Shown here: positions 14,085 to 26,502 of the stretch, one piece after another
Layout of the letters: each line of letters opens with the position of its first letter
How positions within the stretch are numbered: the first letter of the stretch is position 1
Assembly (NCBI RefSeq): GCF_006345805.1
Contig: NC_043022.1
Location: 6,944,001-7,008,000, forward strand
DNA from: Octopus sinensis
Taxonomy: Eukaryota
Direction: 5' to 3'
DNA length: 64,000 nucleotides
Translations under genes and position numbers: made by a program
The notes under the pieces: generated by a model
Told to the model about the DNA's origin: nothing
The model's database searches: none
What the model saw: the letters and a program-made list of their open reading frames with translations, nothing else

Positions 14085-14281
14085 GGCACAAGGCCTGAAA
14101 TTTGGTGGGAGGTGACTAGCTGATTACATCGACCCCAGTGCATAACTGGTATTTATTTAATTGATCCCAAAAGGATGAAAGGCAAAGTTGACCATGGCAG
14201 AGTTTGAACTCAGAATGTAGTGACAGGTGAAATACCTCTAAGCATTTCGTCCAGTGTGCTAATGATTCTGCCAGCTCACCT

Positions 14282-14312
<31 letters not shown>

Positions 14313-14532
14313 CAACAACAATCCTTTATACTGGAAGCACATCTCAAATTTGCGGAGAGGGATTAAGTTGATTACATCGACCCCAGTGCATAACTGGTAT
14401 TTATTTAATTAATCCAGAAAGGATGAAAGGCATAGTTGACCTTGGCAGAATTTGAACTCAGAATGTAGCAATGGGTGAAATACCACAAGGTATTTCATCC
14501 TATATGTTAACAATTCTGCCAGCTCACCGCCT
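14085..14532 (-). mobile_element. Two SINE family B (CORE-like) copies
   Basis: Reverse complement of AGCTGGCAGAA..GAGTTCAAA..GCCTTTCATCCTTT..GGGGTCGATGTAATC, twice, separated by (CAA)n. Confidence 0.85.
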
Positions 14533-14597
14533 TCAGTAATGATAATAATCCTTTCTACTATAGGCACAAGGCTTAGATTTTTGGGGGTAGGGGTAAG

Positions 14598-14945
14598 TCA
14601 TCATCATCATCATTGTTCGACCGTGGTCGAGACAATGGAATTTACTATGTTACGCCAGACTTCACGGTCCATCATAGCATTATGGAGGTCCTGTTGCTGG
14701 ATGCCTGTATCCCTGGAGATTACATCAGGGTAGGAGAGTGTGCGCCCTCTGGTATTGCGAGTAGATGGCTTCCAGAGGAGAAGAGTAGAAATTACTTCTT
14801 TTTCAGCTCTACAACAATGTCCAGCAACTGGACTCTCCTACTTTCACAAGAGATGACACCGGTGGTAGTTTCCCATATATTTGCATTTTGGTTGGATGAC
14901 GCTTCCACGAGAGATTTTGAGCTCTCATAAGGAGGTGGAGTGTAG
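14598..14945 (-). mobile_element. RTE LINE 3' fragment, same family as 5040-6030
   Basis: Near-identical reverse complement of 5680-6030, including the (GAT)n tail. Confidence 0.9.
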
Positions 14946-15197
14946 GTTCAATCCAACCCGCTCTCAAGCTTCTTTGATAACGTCCAGGGTAAGTCAGTTA
15001 CATCAACCCCAGTACATGACTGGTACTTACTTTATCAACCATGAAAGGATGAAAGGCAAAGCTGACATTGGCAGAAATAATAATAATAATAGCAATAATA
15101 ATAATAATAATAATGATAATAATTATAATAAAACTTCTTTCTGCTATAGGAGTAAGGCCTGAAAGTTTTGGGAAAGGGAGATGTTAGTCGATTACAT

Positions 15198-15495
15198 AGT
15201 GGTTAGGACATTTGTCTCATGATTGTAGGGTTGTGAGTTCAATTCCCAGAAGTGCATTATGTCCTTGAGCAAAACACTTTATTTCTCTGGTCCACTCAGC
15301 TGGCAAAAATGAGATGTACTTGTAATTCAAAAGGGGCCAACCTTATTACATTTGGTGTGTCATGCTGAATCTCCTGGAGAACCATATTTGGAGTATGCAT
15401 ATCTGTGGAGTACTCAGCCACTTTCTTGTTAATTTCACAAGCAGACTGTTCAGTTGATTGGATCAACTGGAACAGTCATAGTCGTAACTGAGGGA
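15198..15495 (+). mobile_element. tRNA-derived SINE with family C-type 3' tail
   Basis: GTGGTTAG..GAGTTCAATTCCC head; tail shared with 45740-45915. Confidence 0.7.
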
Positions 15496-15825
15496 GTGTG
15501 TGTGTGTGTGTGTGTGTGTGTGTATTTATACGTGTGTTTTCCTCTTTCCACATTTGAATGTATTTGTGTGTAATTGTGTGTGTGTGCACCTTGTTATTTG
15601 GCCCCTGCTCAATACTAATTGAGCAGACCCATGATTAAAGACATTCCTGCCATGACCATTTAGTCTTGTTTTTAACATGAACATTTCCAGGCTTACATCA
15701 TTCAATGTGTCCTTCCATTTTCAAAATACTGTCATGATATTCGGCTGCTATTTCTAGCATGTTACCCAGCCACATAAAACCGTCCCCAACATGTACGTGT
15801 GTCCCCACCCTCCTCCCATAGGTAT

Positions 15826-16057
15826 GTGTTTCTTTATTGCCCACAAGGGGCTAAACATAGAGGGGACAAACAAGGACAGACAAACGGATTAAGTTGATTA
15901 CATCGACCCCAGTGCGTAACTGGTACTTAATTTATCGACCCTGAAAGGATGAAAGGCAAAGTCGACCTCGGTGGAATTTGAACTCAGAACGTAACGACAG
16001 ACGCAATACCGCTAAGCATTTCGCCCGGTGTGCTAACGTTTCTGCCAGCTCGCCGCC
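15826..16057 (-). mobile_element. SINE family B, long-tail variant, flanked by 115-bp direct repeats
   Basis: Reverse-complement head GGCGGCGAGCTGGCAGAAACG; flanks 15711-15825 and 16056-16170 are near-identical. Confidence 0.9.
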
Positions 16058-16514
16058 TTCCATTTCCAAAGTACTGTCATGATATTCGGCTGCTATTTCT
16101 AGCATGTCACCCAGCCACATAAAACCTTCCCCAACATGTGCGTGTGTCCCCACCCCACTCCCATAGGTATCAATTCCACCTCAGTCATGACTGATTGATG
16201 TTATCTCAGTGTGTCTATATTATATTTAGTGGTTCTATATTACAGTTCCTGGGCATAGATTACATTTCAGGCAGGGACCAGATCCTATTTCCTTTGTTTA
16301 TCATCTCTCTCTCACACACACAACACACACACACACCACACACACACACACATCGAGGCGGGGGGGGGGACACCACCCCAGTAGTGGTGGTGGTGGTGGT
16401 GGTGCTGGTACTTGGTGAAATATGTCTATACCTTTTCTTTCTTTGTCTATCTGTCCCTATGTGTGTGTGTATGTGTGTGTGTGTGTGTGGGGTGTGTTCT
16501 CTCTCTCTCTCTCT

Positions 16515-16567
<53 letters not shown>

Positions 16568-16654
16568 TTGTCTCTCTCTCTCTTTCTCTCTCTCCCCATA
16601 CATCACAGCAAGCTTTCTCTCTCTCTCTCTCCTCTCCTCTTTCTCTCATCTCTC

Positions 16655-16686
<32 letters not shown>

Positions 16687-16809
16687 CCCCCATACATCAC
16701 AGCAAGCTGTTGCTGTCTGCTTTTTAGTCTCACATCTCTGGCACCCTCCACTTCTAACACACACACACACACACACACACATCTAAGGAATAACTGACAC
16801 TCCATCAGT

Positions 16810-17115
16810 TAGGATGATGAGGGTCGGCTCTGATTACTGGAACAACCTGCTCATGAAATTAACGCGCAAGTGGCTGAGTACTCCACAGACATGCATGCCC
16901 TTAATATAGTCCTCGGGGAGATTCAGCCATGACACACCAAATGTGACAAGGCTGGACCCCTTTGAATTACAGGTACAACACATTTTTGCCAGCTGAACAG
17001 ACTGGAGCAATATGAAATAAAGTGTCTTGCTCAAGGACACAATGCACTGCCAGGAGTTGAACTCACAGCCGTATGATTGTATGCTGAATGCCCTAACCAC
17101 TGAGCCACATGCATT
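16810..17115 (-). mobile_element. tRNA-derived SINE (family C-type tail)
   Basis: Reverse complement of the 15198-15495 type. Confidence 0.75.
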
Positions 17116-17170
17116 CCTAAGGAACAGGTTTTCTTCAAACTTTCATTGAACTGAAAACTGTTATTAACAA

Positions 17171-17563
17171 CTAGCAGTATCGCCCGGCGTTGCTCGGGTT
17201 TGTAAGGGAAATAACTATAAAGCATTTTTAGAGAGTTATAGCCAAAAAATAGCCAAAAAAAAAAAAAAAAAATGGAAAAAAATGATGGTAATTTTTTTTG
17301 AGAGTGAAAAAAGGTGGGAGTTGCTACCCTAGGCGGTCTGTGGTTGTGTTTCTGATTTCGACCCCATGTCGAATTTATCGATTTTTTTCAGAACTGGGGG
17401 AACTTTTCAAATTTCGCTGCGCGTTAGTTTGAATTATGACATTGGGCTATGTGTGTGTCAAGTTTCTCAGAATCGGTTGAAAGCCGTGGTCAGGGTGAGG
17501 GTACAACCTGACAGACACACAGAAACACGCAGACAGACAAACTACCGTTTATATAGAGAGAGA
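17171..17563 (-). mobile_element. Non-autonomous Helitron; same 3' end as 7508, different interior
   Basis: CTAG end, CCCGAGCAACGCCGGG hairpin, TC start, A|T site. Confidence 0.8.
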
Positions 17564-18004
17564 TTTATTTTTGTAGCTGTGCTGGAGAGTGGTAGGGGTT
17601 CATTGCCCTGCTTGCAGTATATACTGGGTGCAAGCTGCCCCTATAAACCAGCTGGCGGAAAATCTGCTCGAGGTTAAAACAGTGGTAACATTGAACAACC
17701 GTATTTTCGTGGCAATTAACTTTAATTCTTTTATGTGTCTTTATAAATTCTTCAAGTTTGGTTTTGAATGACAAGAATGGTCTTAATTCCATAGATTGAC
17801 TCTTCGACATTTTCTTGGTCTCATCTTCAGGATGAAGTGGGGGACGGTTAAGAATGAAATAGGAAAAATTCATTACTAAGAAAAAAGCTTTTTTAAACTT
17901 AAACACAGTCTTGACTGCGATACGTGTACGTATAGATACATGCACACATACCCAGACACATGCTTATAAACACGCATACACACACACATCCATACACACA
18001 CACA

Positions 18005-18053
<49 letters not shown>

Positions 18054-18144
18054 ACACGAAGGTTTTATGTCATATCCTGTCTAAGATTCAATATCCTGGG
18101 ATGAGATTTCACCAGTTCTTTCTGATTTGTCCCTGATCTTCCTT

Positions 18145-18900
18145 TTCACTCACTCCACCACCACCACCACCACCACCACCACCACCACCACCACCACCAC
18201 CACCACCACCACCACTTTCAAAACCACTACAACCCACCACACCACCCACCCACCACCACCACTTTCAACACCATACCATCACCACACCACCATCACCCCC
18301 ACCACCACCACTTCAACACCACACCACCACCCCCACCACCACCACCACCACCACCACCACCACTTTCAACACCACTACCATCACCACCACCACCATCACC
18401 ACCACCACCACCACCACCACCACACCACTTTCAACACCACTACCATCAACACCCACCACCATCCACCACCACCACCACCACCACCACCACCACCACTTTC
18501 AACACCACTACCATCACCAACCACCACCATCACCACCCCCACCACCACCACCACCACTTTCAACACCACTACCACCACCACCACCACCACCACCACCACC
18601 ACCACCACCACTTTCAACACCACTTACACCACCACCACCACCACCACCAACCACTTTCAACACCAAACACCACCACCACCACCACCACCACCACCACCAC
18701 CATTTCAACACCACTACCACCACCACCACCACCATCACCACCACCACTGCCACTACCACTGCTGCCACCACCACCACCGCAATCACTGCTACCTCACCAT
18801 CACCAATACCACTGCTGTCGCTGGCACCATTGCAATCACTGCTGCCATCGCTACCACCACCACCACTGCCACCATTACTGCTACCACCATCACCACTACC
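18145..18900. repeat. (CAC)n trinucleotide array with TTTCAA interruptions
   Basis: Read directly; it generates spurious poly-T/H/P ORFs. Confidence 0.95.
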
Positions 18901-19244
18901 ACAGTCTTATGTATGTCATTACCTACACAAGTACCCTGTAAATGCAGTATAGTCGAATTGCTGTGAAATACCTGGTTCAATCTCACTGCATGGCACCTTG
19001 GGCAACTATTATTTTTATAAACCTCCTTTTGTCAACCCACGGCTTGTGAATGAAATCGAGGGGGGGGGGTGGAGACTGTACAGAAGCCTGCCAAGTGTCG
19101 AGTAATTCAATGGTATGGCCTTGTTCTGCACACTATGTCACATTGATTCTGCCTGAGAATTATGTTATGGGTGTATATGCCTCTGGAATACTCAGCCGCT
19201 TAGATGGTTATCCAATGTGCAGGGAATTCTGTTGATCAACTTTT

Positions 19245-19450
19245 TAGTTTTGAAACCAGCCATATCCAGCCCAAATATTCTTCTACCTGTTTTATGTTTA
19301 AACTGGCCTGATCTGGGCTCTCACACTTACCCTACAATGTCATTCTAAAAAGATACAATCACATCATCAAAATCTCAAAGCTATGAGATAATCCATGATT
19401 AATTCAAAACAATGGAAAATAAATGAGCATTGCAATTAGCAGAATCATCT
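19245..19450 (-). mobile_element. piggyBac-like MITE, diverged
   Basis: Reverse complement of the 28690-28915 internal sequence. Confidence 0.65.
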
Positions 19451-19566
19451 GAAGCCCGAACGATTATACAACTGATTCCTCCTCTTCATTGTTGAAAGAT
19501 GGATATTTGTAATTACAGCTACTTCTTGTGTTTATTATTATTATTATTATTGTTATTATTAATGAT

Positions 19567-19648
19567 GATGAGTTGGCCGAGTGGTTAAGGCGATGGACTG
19601 CTAATCCATTGGGGTCTCCCCGCGTGAGTTCGAATCTCATCCTTGTCG
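19567..19648 (+). tRNA. tRNA-Ser-GCT: tRNA-Ser(GCT), possibly a pseudogene
   Basis: 82 nt: D-arm GCC/GGC, anticodon arm ATGGA-CTGCTAA-TCCAT, variable arm GGGG-TCT-CCCC, T-loop TTCGAAT. The acceptor stem has two G-U pairs and one mismatch, and there is no downstream T4 terminator. Confidence 0.85.
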
Positions 19649-19660
19649 TTAAATTTATTT

Positions 19661-20007
19661 GGGCCGTCTGCCAGCCTCGTCTGACACCTGTGTCGGTGGC
19701 ACATAAAAAACACCATCTGAGCGTGGCCGTCTGCCAGCCTCGTCTGGCACCTGTGTCGGTGGCACATAAAAAACACCATCCGAGCGTGGCTGTCTGCCAG
19801 CCTCGTCTGGCACCTGTGTCGGTGGCACATAAAATCACCCACTACACCCTCGGAGTGGTTGGTGTTAGGAAGGGCATCCAGCTGTAGAAACACTGCCAGA
19901 TCAGACTGGGCCTGGTGCAGCCATCTGGTTCGCCAGACCCCAGTTGAACCGTCCAACCCATGCTAGCATGGAAAGCGGACGTTAAACGATGATGATGATG
20001 ATGATGA
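19661..20007 (+). mobile_element. SINE family D (RTE-like termini, internal ~58 bp tandem repeats, (GAT)n tail)
   Basis: AGGAAGGGCATCCAGCTGTAGAAA motif; ends GCATGGAAAGCGGACGTTAAACGATGATG. Other copies at 28400, 41752, 46750 and 62950. Confidence 0.8.
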
Positions 20008-20009
20008 AA

Positions 20010-20550
20010 TGAAAGAGCAGTGCATGTCATCAAAGTGACACTGGGGTAAAATATACAAAGCCCAGTATACCCATCATGATTACTCAACTGATAAGGGTAC
20101 ACCAGGCACATGCATCACAACCATATGTGTGCGTCATTGTGATCTCATATCAAGATAAACAGCGCATGACCTTGCGGGTGGGGCCCAGTTAGAATTTTCT
20201 TCTGGTTGAGTAGCCCACCCCATTCAATGGTCTTTGAATAAGAGTTGTTTAAGGATAATGAATGAAACACCCGTGTTTCCAGAGGTGAATTATTCAAACC
20301 CCAAAGATTCCCTCTCAACACATGGCTATGATGCTCCCCCACTACTTCTGCTCATGACCAGAGATGCACATATTGCCAGCCATGAAGGGACATGCTCGAC
20401 TGGTTAAGGTCAAACAACTGACAAGCAAATCTGTGGTATTGAGCAGAATATTTGCTGTAGCCCATCTTTTATACCAAGACAAATCAATGTACATGATAAC
20501 ACTTCCAATCAGTTAAGATCAGAAGCCATGAGAGCTGCTGCATAGTACTG
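20010..20550. mobile_element. Unclassified ~530 bp interspersed repeat
   Basis: Near-identical second copy at 29665-30320, which has an internal ~110 bp duplication. Confidence 0.75.
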
Positions 20551-20586
<36 letters not shown>

Positions 20587-22636
20587 TATTATCATCATCA
20601 TCATCATCATCATCAAGGTAGCAAGCTGGCAGAGTTGATAGCATGCAGGACAAAATTGTTTAGCAGCATTTTGGCCATCTTTACACTCTAAGTTCAAATT
20701 CTGCCAAGACCAGTTTTGCCTTTTATCCTTTGTGGATTGATCAAATAAATACCAGTTATGTACGGGGGTCAGTGTAATTGACCCTTCCCACAAAATTCCA
20801 GGCCTTGTGCCTTTAATAGAAATGTGCTCAGATGTAATTAGGGTTTAATACGTAGTAGGTATATATAGAGAATAGGGATGCATATTAGGGGATAATGTTT
20901 TGCAGGGTTTTGTTGTTACGGCTAATTCAAGTTGTAGTTAATTAGCCCCATATAATGGTTGAATAATCCCATTAATGATGATTAACTTTACGTTTTAGTT
21001 AATTAACCCCCATTTTATGGTTGATTAACCCTAAGTCATCGCTAATTAACCCTCTATTCATTCAGAAATTAACTCAGACGACAAAGTGACACGATGCCCC
21101 CACCCCACCCCATCCATAAAAAATTATATTCATTATCATTGCTAATTAGTTACAACTTCAACACTTACCCCCACCCTACCCTTAGATGTTTCCCCTGCAA
21201 AAGCAAAGGGTGCAGGCTGGGGAGCAGGAGGTGGATGGGGAAAACTCAACAGTGCTCCCCCCCATTTCTTTCCCCATCCCCCTACCCACTCCTCATAACC
21301 TCCTTACTCTCGTTTCTCCCTCTGACACTTTCACTCAGATCTACCTCACCTTTGTGTCCCTTCCTCTTGCCGCTTCACCCTTGGCCATCACTCCTCACCC
21401 ACTCCCTTTCATTTTTCTTCACCACCGTCTCTTTTAAGCTATAAACATTTACAACTGCACACTAACCACAAGAACAACAACAACCACCTTTCTAGTGCTC
21501 ATCCTGCCTTGTATTTCATTGTTAAACCACCTGCAGTAGTACTAGGTAGGTCATCTCCATTTTACATGCAAACCTATCCAACAGGATCTTTCCCCTCCCC
21601 TCTCCCTCAACACCCAACCCCACTCCAACCATGTAAGCCTACACCTTCCTCTCAACACGCTGTCTTCTTTGTGTGGGGACAGTGACAACTTCTCTATTTC
21701 TTGCTGCAGAGGTCAGACATTGAGATCGGGTGTGGAGGTCACCTTTGGAGGACATTATTCTGATACTACTTCCGCTGATGTTCACCCAGGGTCATTTGAG
21801 CTGGCTCCAACCAGTGAGTCATGTTTGGAATGTCAGTAGGAATACAAGTTCACGTGGACACACACTTTGGGATAGTGGGATACATAGTTGGTCATCTTAC
21901 TGTTGATTGTTGACCATTGCAGAGGATTCGCTGACCAAGTCACTGCCCATTATTGGAAAAGGCATAGCCTGGGATTGAAACAGGTTCTAGAGACTTGCTT
22001 TAACAAAAGCTAAGAAATGAGTGCTCCACTCCCAGTGGTCTTCAACCAACCTGCAATTTCTAAGGGCCTGTGCTAAATATTTCAGATCCTGTTGGATTTA
22101 TATTTTTTTGTGTAAAATGAAAGTATCTAAAACACCAAAGAGTTTGGTTCCATTTCATCAGGAGATGGAGCAAAAACTGCCTCCAGGTTTATACAGATTC
22201 CAGATTTTGCTCACAGCAAGGTTTACAGCATTTCCACTCGCTTAACCCTTTCCCTATCGTATTTCTACTGAAATACACTCCATTTGTTTCAATTACGTTT
22301 TAAAATAATTTAGAATTTAATAACATAATTTTGTCATTATTAAGTTAGTTTGGCAAAAGAGACCAATAGAAAAAGTGCTAGGCTTTAAAAAAAAGAAATC
22401 CTGGGGTTGATTTGTTCAACTAAAACCCTTCAAGGTGGTGCCCCAGCATGGCCACAGTCAAAAGACTGAAACCATTAAAAGAATAAAAACATTATGTTTG
22501 GTATATTTGTCTGGGGTCAAAAGTAAACCCTAACACTACTCCCAAAGAAGAAAGATCAGGTGAAACAGTTTGAAAACTTGATCTTCTTTGCCCGACCTCT
22601 TGTAGAAGCAACATTCCTTTGAGGCTTTCTCTCGAT

Positions 22637-22911
22637 CAGCGGTTCTCAACCAAGGTCCACATGACTCTTGGGATTCCATATGAGATTTTGTTGGTGAAAT
22701 TTATGTGCAAAATAAATTGGTCATACTTCTACCATACACCAAAAATATTTTAACAGGAGTGGCTGTGTGGTAAGTAGCTTGCTAACCAACCACATGGTTC
22801 CGGGTTCAATCCCACTGCGTGGCATCTTGGGCAAGTGTCTTCTGCTATAACCCCGGGCCGACCAATGCCTTGTGAGTGGATTTGGTAGACGGAAACTGAA
22901 GAAGCCTGTCG

Positions 22912-22946
<35 letters not shown>

Positions 22947-23274
22947 TGTGTGTGTTTTGTTTTTTTGTCCCCCTAGCATTGCTTGACAACGATGCTGGTG
23001 TGTTATGTCCCCGTCACTTAGCGGTTCGGCAAAAGAGACCGATAGAATAAGTACTGGCTTACAAAAAGAATAAGTCCCGGGGTCGATTTGCTCAACTAAA
23101 GGTGGTGCTCCAGCATGGCCGCAGTCAAATGACTGAAACAAGAAAAAGAGAAAAGAGAAAGAGAATTCCTGAAAAATATAGTTGGATTTAAACATGGAAT
23201 GGCTTTTAGGGACCAGTTGAGTAAAACAGGGTTCAAAGGGGTCCATAGGTAAAAAAAATGATTGGGAAACACTA
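22637..23274. mobile_element. hAT/Charlie-like MITE with nested SINE A (22755-23163)
   Basis: TIRs CAGCGGTTCTCAACC and GATTGGGAAACACTA; 8-bp TSD CTCTCGAT/CTCTAGAT fits the Charlie NTCTAGAN preference. Confidence 0.75.
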
Positions 23275-23509
23275 CTCTAGATACTATACACACATTAGAA
23301 ATAGCAGCCAAATATCCCTTAAATTTTCTTATAGTGCCTTTAAAAACAGAAGGATGTATTAAATACTCCAAGGTAGACTGTGACTGAAAATAATGCTGGA
23401 TAGTCATGACTGCAACATCGTCAGTTGTAGGTTTAGTGGATCAGGATTGACCTAGGGCTAAATGACAACACCAACAGCAATAACAAAGGCAACACACTAG
23501 CTCTGTCTT

Positions 23510-23747
23510 TTAACCCTTTTGTTCCCAACCCAGCTGAAACCGGTTCTGGCTCTCTAGTACAAATGTCTTGTTTTCATATGTTCTGAATTAAAATCTTCCA
23601 TCAAAAATTAGTCACAATTAATGTTCCTAACACTAGCTTAATGATAACTATTAAGTTATTTTACGAAATTCTTTGTTCATATTTAAAGTAATTGAAAAAA
23701 AAAACACAGAGCATCTCAACAGAAATACGGTAACAAAAGGCTTAAGC
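23510..23747. mobile_element. piggyBac-like MITE, second family
   Basis: TTAA-CCCTTTTGTT ... AACAAAAGGC-TTAA; related partial copy at 22243-22350. Confidence 0.7.
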
Positions 23748-23866
23748 ATCCTCTGTACTTTAACTCTTATCCATTCTACACCCTCTCCAACTTTACACTT
23801 GTTACTATATACACCCAATGCATTATGATAATATTCTGTTATATACACCTGTTTTATATATATATA

Positions 23867-25448
23867 TCTATATATATAAAACTGAGAATGTGTGTCTGTC
23901 TGTCTGTGTGTTTCCCTAAAACTTGAGAACTACACAACCAATTTCATTCAAATTTTACACATGCCTTACTTAGGGTCCAGGGAGTGTCAACTTTTTGCCT
24001 AGGGCGAGCCCACAGCAATATCATATCTTCTCCACTATTTCAGTATTACCTGTTAAAAGTGAAACAAAAACATTTCTCTATTTTATGTCAGATACTTTCA
24101 CTTTAACAATAAAAATTAGAGATAATAATAACAATTGAATTATATGTAGTAAGTAATAATTATTATCAAACTAAAGTATAATATAATCATAACATAACGA
24201 AAGTAAAAATAGCAATTGGTATAAAATTGCATCAATGACTTGAACTTGAATAAGTGGTTTCACATGAATGGGAATAAATTAAAAATAAAATTAGTGTGCA
24301 GAAATGGAATAGTCCAGATGGAGGTGTGCACATACCGTTTACTACGGCTTTTACATTAGATTTTGTGCTAATTAGCTAGCATTAAGTATCTATATGAAGT
24401 TTGGCTGTATGTAATGTTTGTTTTCTCGAACAGCCGCTTCTGAGTACTGCTGTTGGTTTATTTCAAATACATAAAGAACTATAGCTTCAACTGCGTACTG
24501 CTTTTTGATTCACCGTTAGGTTTGTTGTTATTATTATTACTGTTTAACTATTGTTATCACGTTTGTTGGTTCCTTGTGAGGGAAACGTTGTTGTGTTGCA
24601 TTTGTTAAATAATTGTTAACTGTAACCCTCCCCCTTTGGGAGAAGGAGCTTTGGTTTTTGTTTAAAAATTGAATTGTGTCCCTGTTTGGGGAAATTGACA
24701 ATATTTTCACTGTTTACACGGAAGCATTTTTGTTAGAATGTCTTCGATAGAAGAAAGTCCAAAAATGAATTTCGCTGCAGCCATCGGCGGGCGCGAACTC
24801 ATTAAAATTAAAATGGAAGAAATACAAACCTATTTTGGATTGAGCACCGACAAAGACGGTGAATCAAGGATAACACCACCAAACGAAATAAAAAATTAAA
24901 TTAAAGAAAAGACTATTGTCTATAAAGTATACAATGTAGAGAAAAAAAAAAAGATTTGAACACCTGGAGGAAAGCACCATTGAAAAGTGTCTTGGTGCGA
25001 CTATGAAAGATATCTAACCAGAGGCAGTAAATTCGCCACAATAGAAGCAAGGTTCAAGTCAACGGAGTATGCAAGGGAGTACTTGACTCGAACCTTGTAA
25101 AGTGGAAATATTTTATTTTTACCTTTATATCTAGGACGTAGGACGTCCCGGATAAAAATTAAAAATGTCCCCCCAGAAGTAGAGGTAGGCTGGATTGTAG
25201 CTACACTTCTATACAAGAGGGAGGACAAGATACAATTGATCAAAATTGCAAGAGACGGGCCTACAATCCCAGTCTGTTATATATCTTGAGTATTGTTATC
25301 ACTAGCGATATCAAGATATAACTTTGTATTTTGTATTTTATGTGTAGATGTATATATGTAGATGTACATGTAATATGTACACATATATATATACACATAT
25401 ATGCATGCACTTGCACTCTGACCCGGCAATGACGGGTCATAATGCTAG
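23867..25448 (+). mobile_element. ~1.6 kb non-autonomous Helitron carrying a captured LINE 5'/ORF1 fragment
   Basis: A|TC start followed by TATATATATAAAACTGAG and (CTGT)n; 3' hairpin TGACCCG-GCAATGA-CGGGTCA (25419-25439); CTAG|T end. Confidence 0.75.
24738..25290 (+). pseudogene. Disrupted L1/Tx1-type ORF1 (RRM-like) fragment
   Basis: Hand translation MSSIEESPKMNFAAAIG..., then RYLTRGSKFATIEARFKSTEYAREY..LPLYLGRRTSRIKIKNVPPEVEVGWIVATL, with stops and a frameshift. The family call is from motif recall. Confidence 0.55.
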
Positions 25449-26353
25449 TATATATATATATATATATATATATAAATCCCCATCTATCGTTATACACCAC
25501 TACATACTTGAAATAGCAGCCAGATCTTTCAAATCTCTTAAACGGTTGGACACTGTGTCTGAAAACGATGTGATGGTCATAATTAGAACCCCTTCAGTTC
25601 ATATGTGTGGTCAGGAAGAGCTGCAGCATTAACCGAGGGTTAAACAGCAACAACAGTATTAGGAGCAGCTTTATCTGCTGGCCGACTTATCTCGGTTGTT
25701 GTGTGGGGTTAGCGCTTAATGAAGAAGTACCTTTTGTTCTCTGTTAGCCATGTGTACCCAGGGTATATATTACCCTGGGTCACACCTCCACCCATCCTTG
25801 TTGGCAAGCAGAAGGTGGACAGGGCCTCTCTTGACCTTGCAGTAATTGTTTGGCAGGGATGGTGGCAGTGGTGGTGGTGGTGGTGGTGGGAGACTTGGCT
25901 GGGTCAGGCTCCAATTACATAGAGATACCATTCATCTCTCTGATGTAAGCATGAAGCCACTTCCACCACTGCCACCACCACCACCACCACCACCACCACC
26001 GCCACCACCACCACCGCCATCACCAGTACCACTACCACCAGCACAACTACTTATAGTATTCTCTCCTTTAACTACCACCACCACCACCACCACCACCACA
26101 ATTAACTGCAACAACTTTGATATCAAAGGCATAACATTTACTGTTGAAAAACCTCCACACTATTCGTAAATACATAAAAGAAAATTCACACACACACACA
26201 CACACACACACACGGATATACACACACATACAGCCACATATATACACACATTTATGCACACTTAAAGTACAGAGGCACTCAGATGTATACGCATACATGC
26301 AATCTCTCATTTCCTTTCAGACACAGAAATATCTATTTGTCTGTCTGTCTGTC

Positions 26354-26405
<52 letters not shown>

Positions 26406-26450
26406 TACATACATACATAAACATACATACATACATACATACACACACAT

Positions 26451-26483
<33 letters not shown>

Positions 26484-26502
26484 TACATACACACACACAC
26501 AT

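Noticed and set aside
18127-18966. Long His/Pro/Thr-rich ORF, and similar YI/HT/CV-repeat ORFs across the window
   Set aside because: These are translations of micro- and minisatellites, with no splice or domain evidence.
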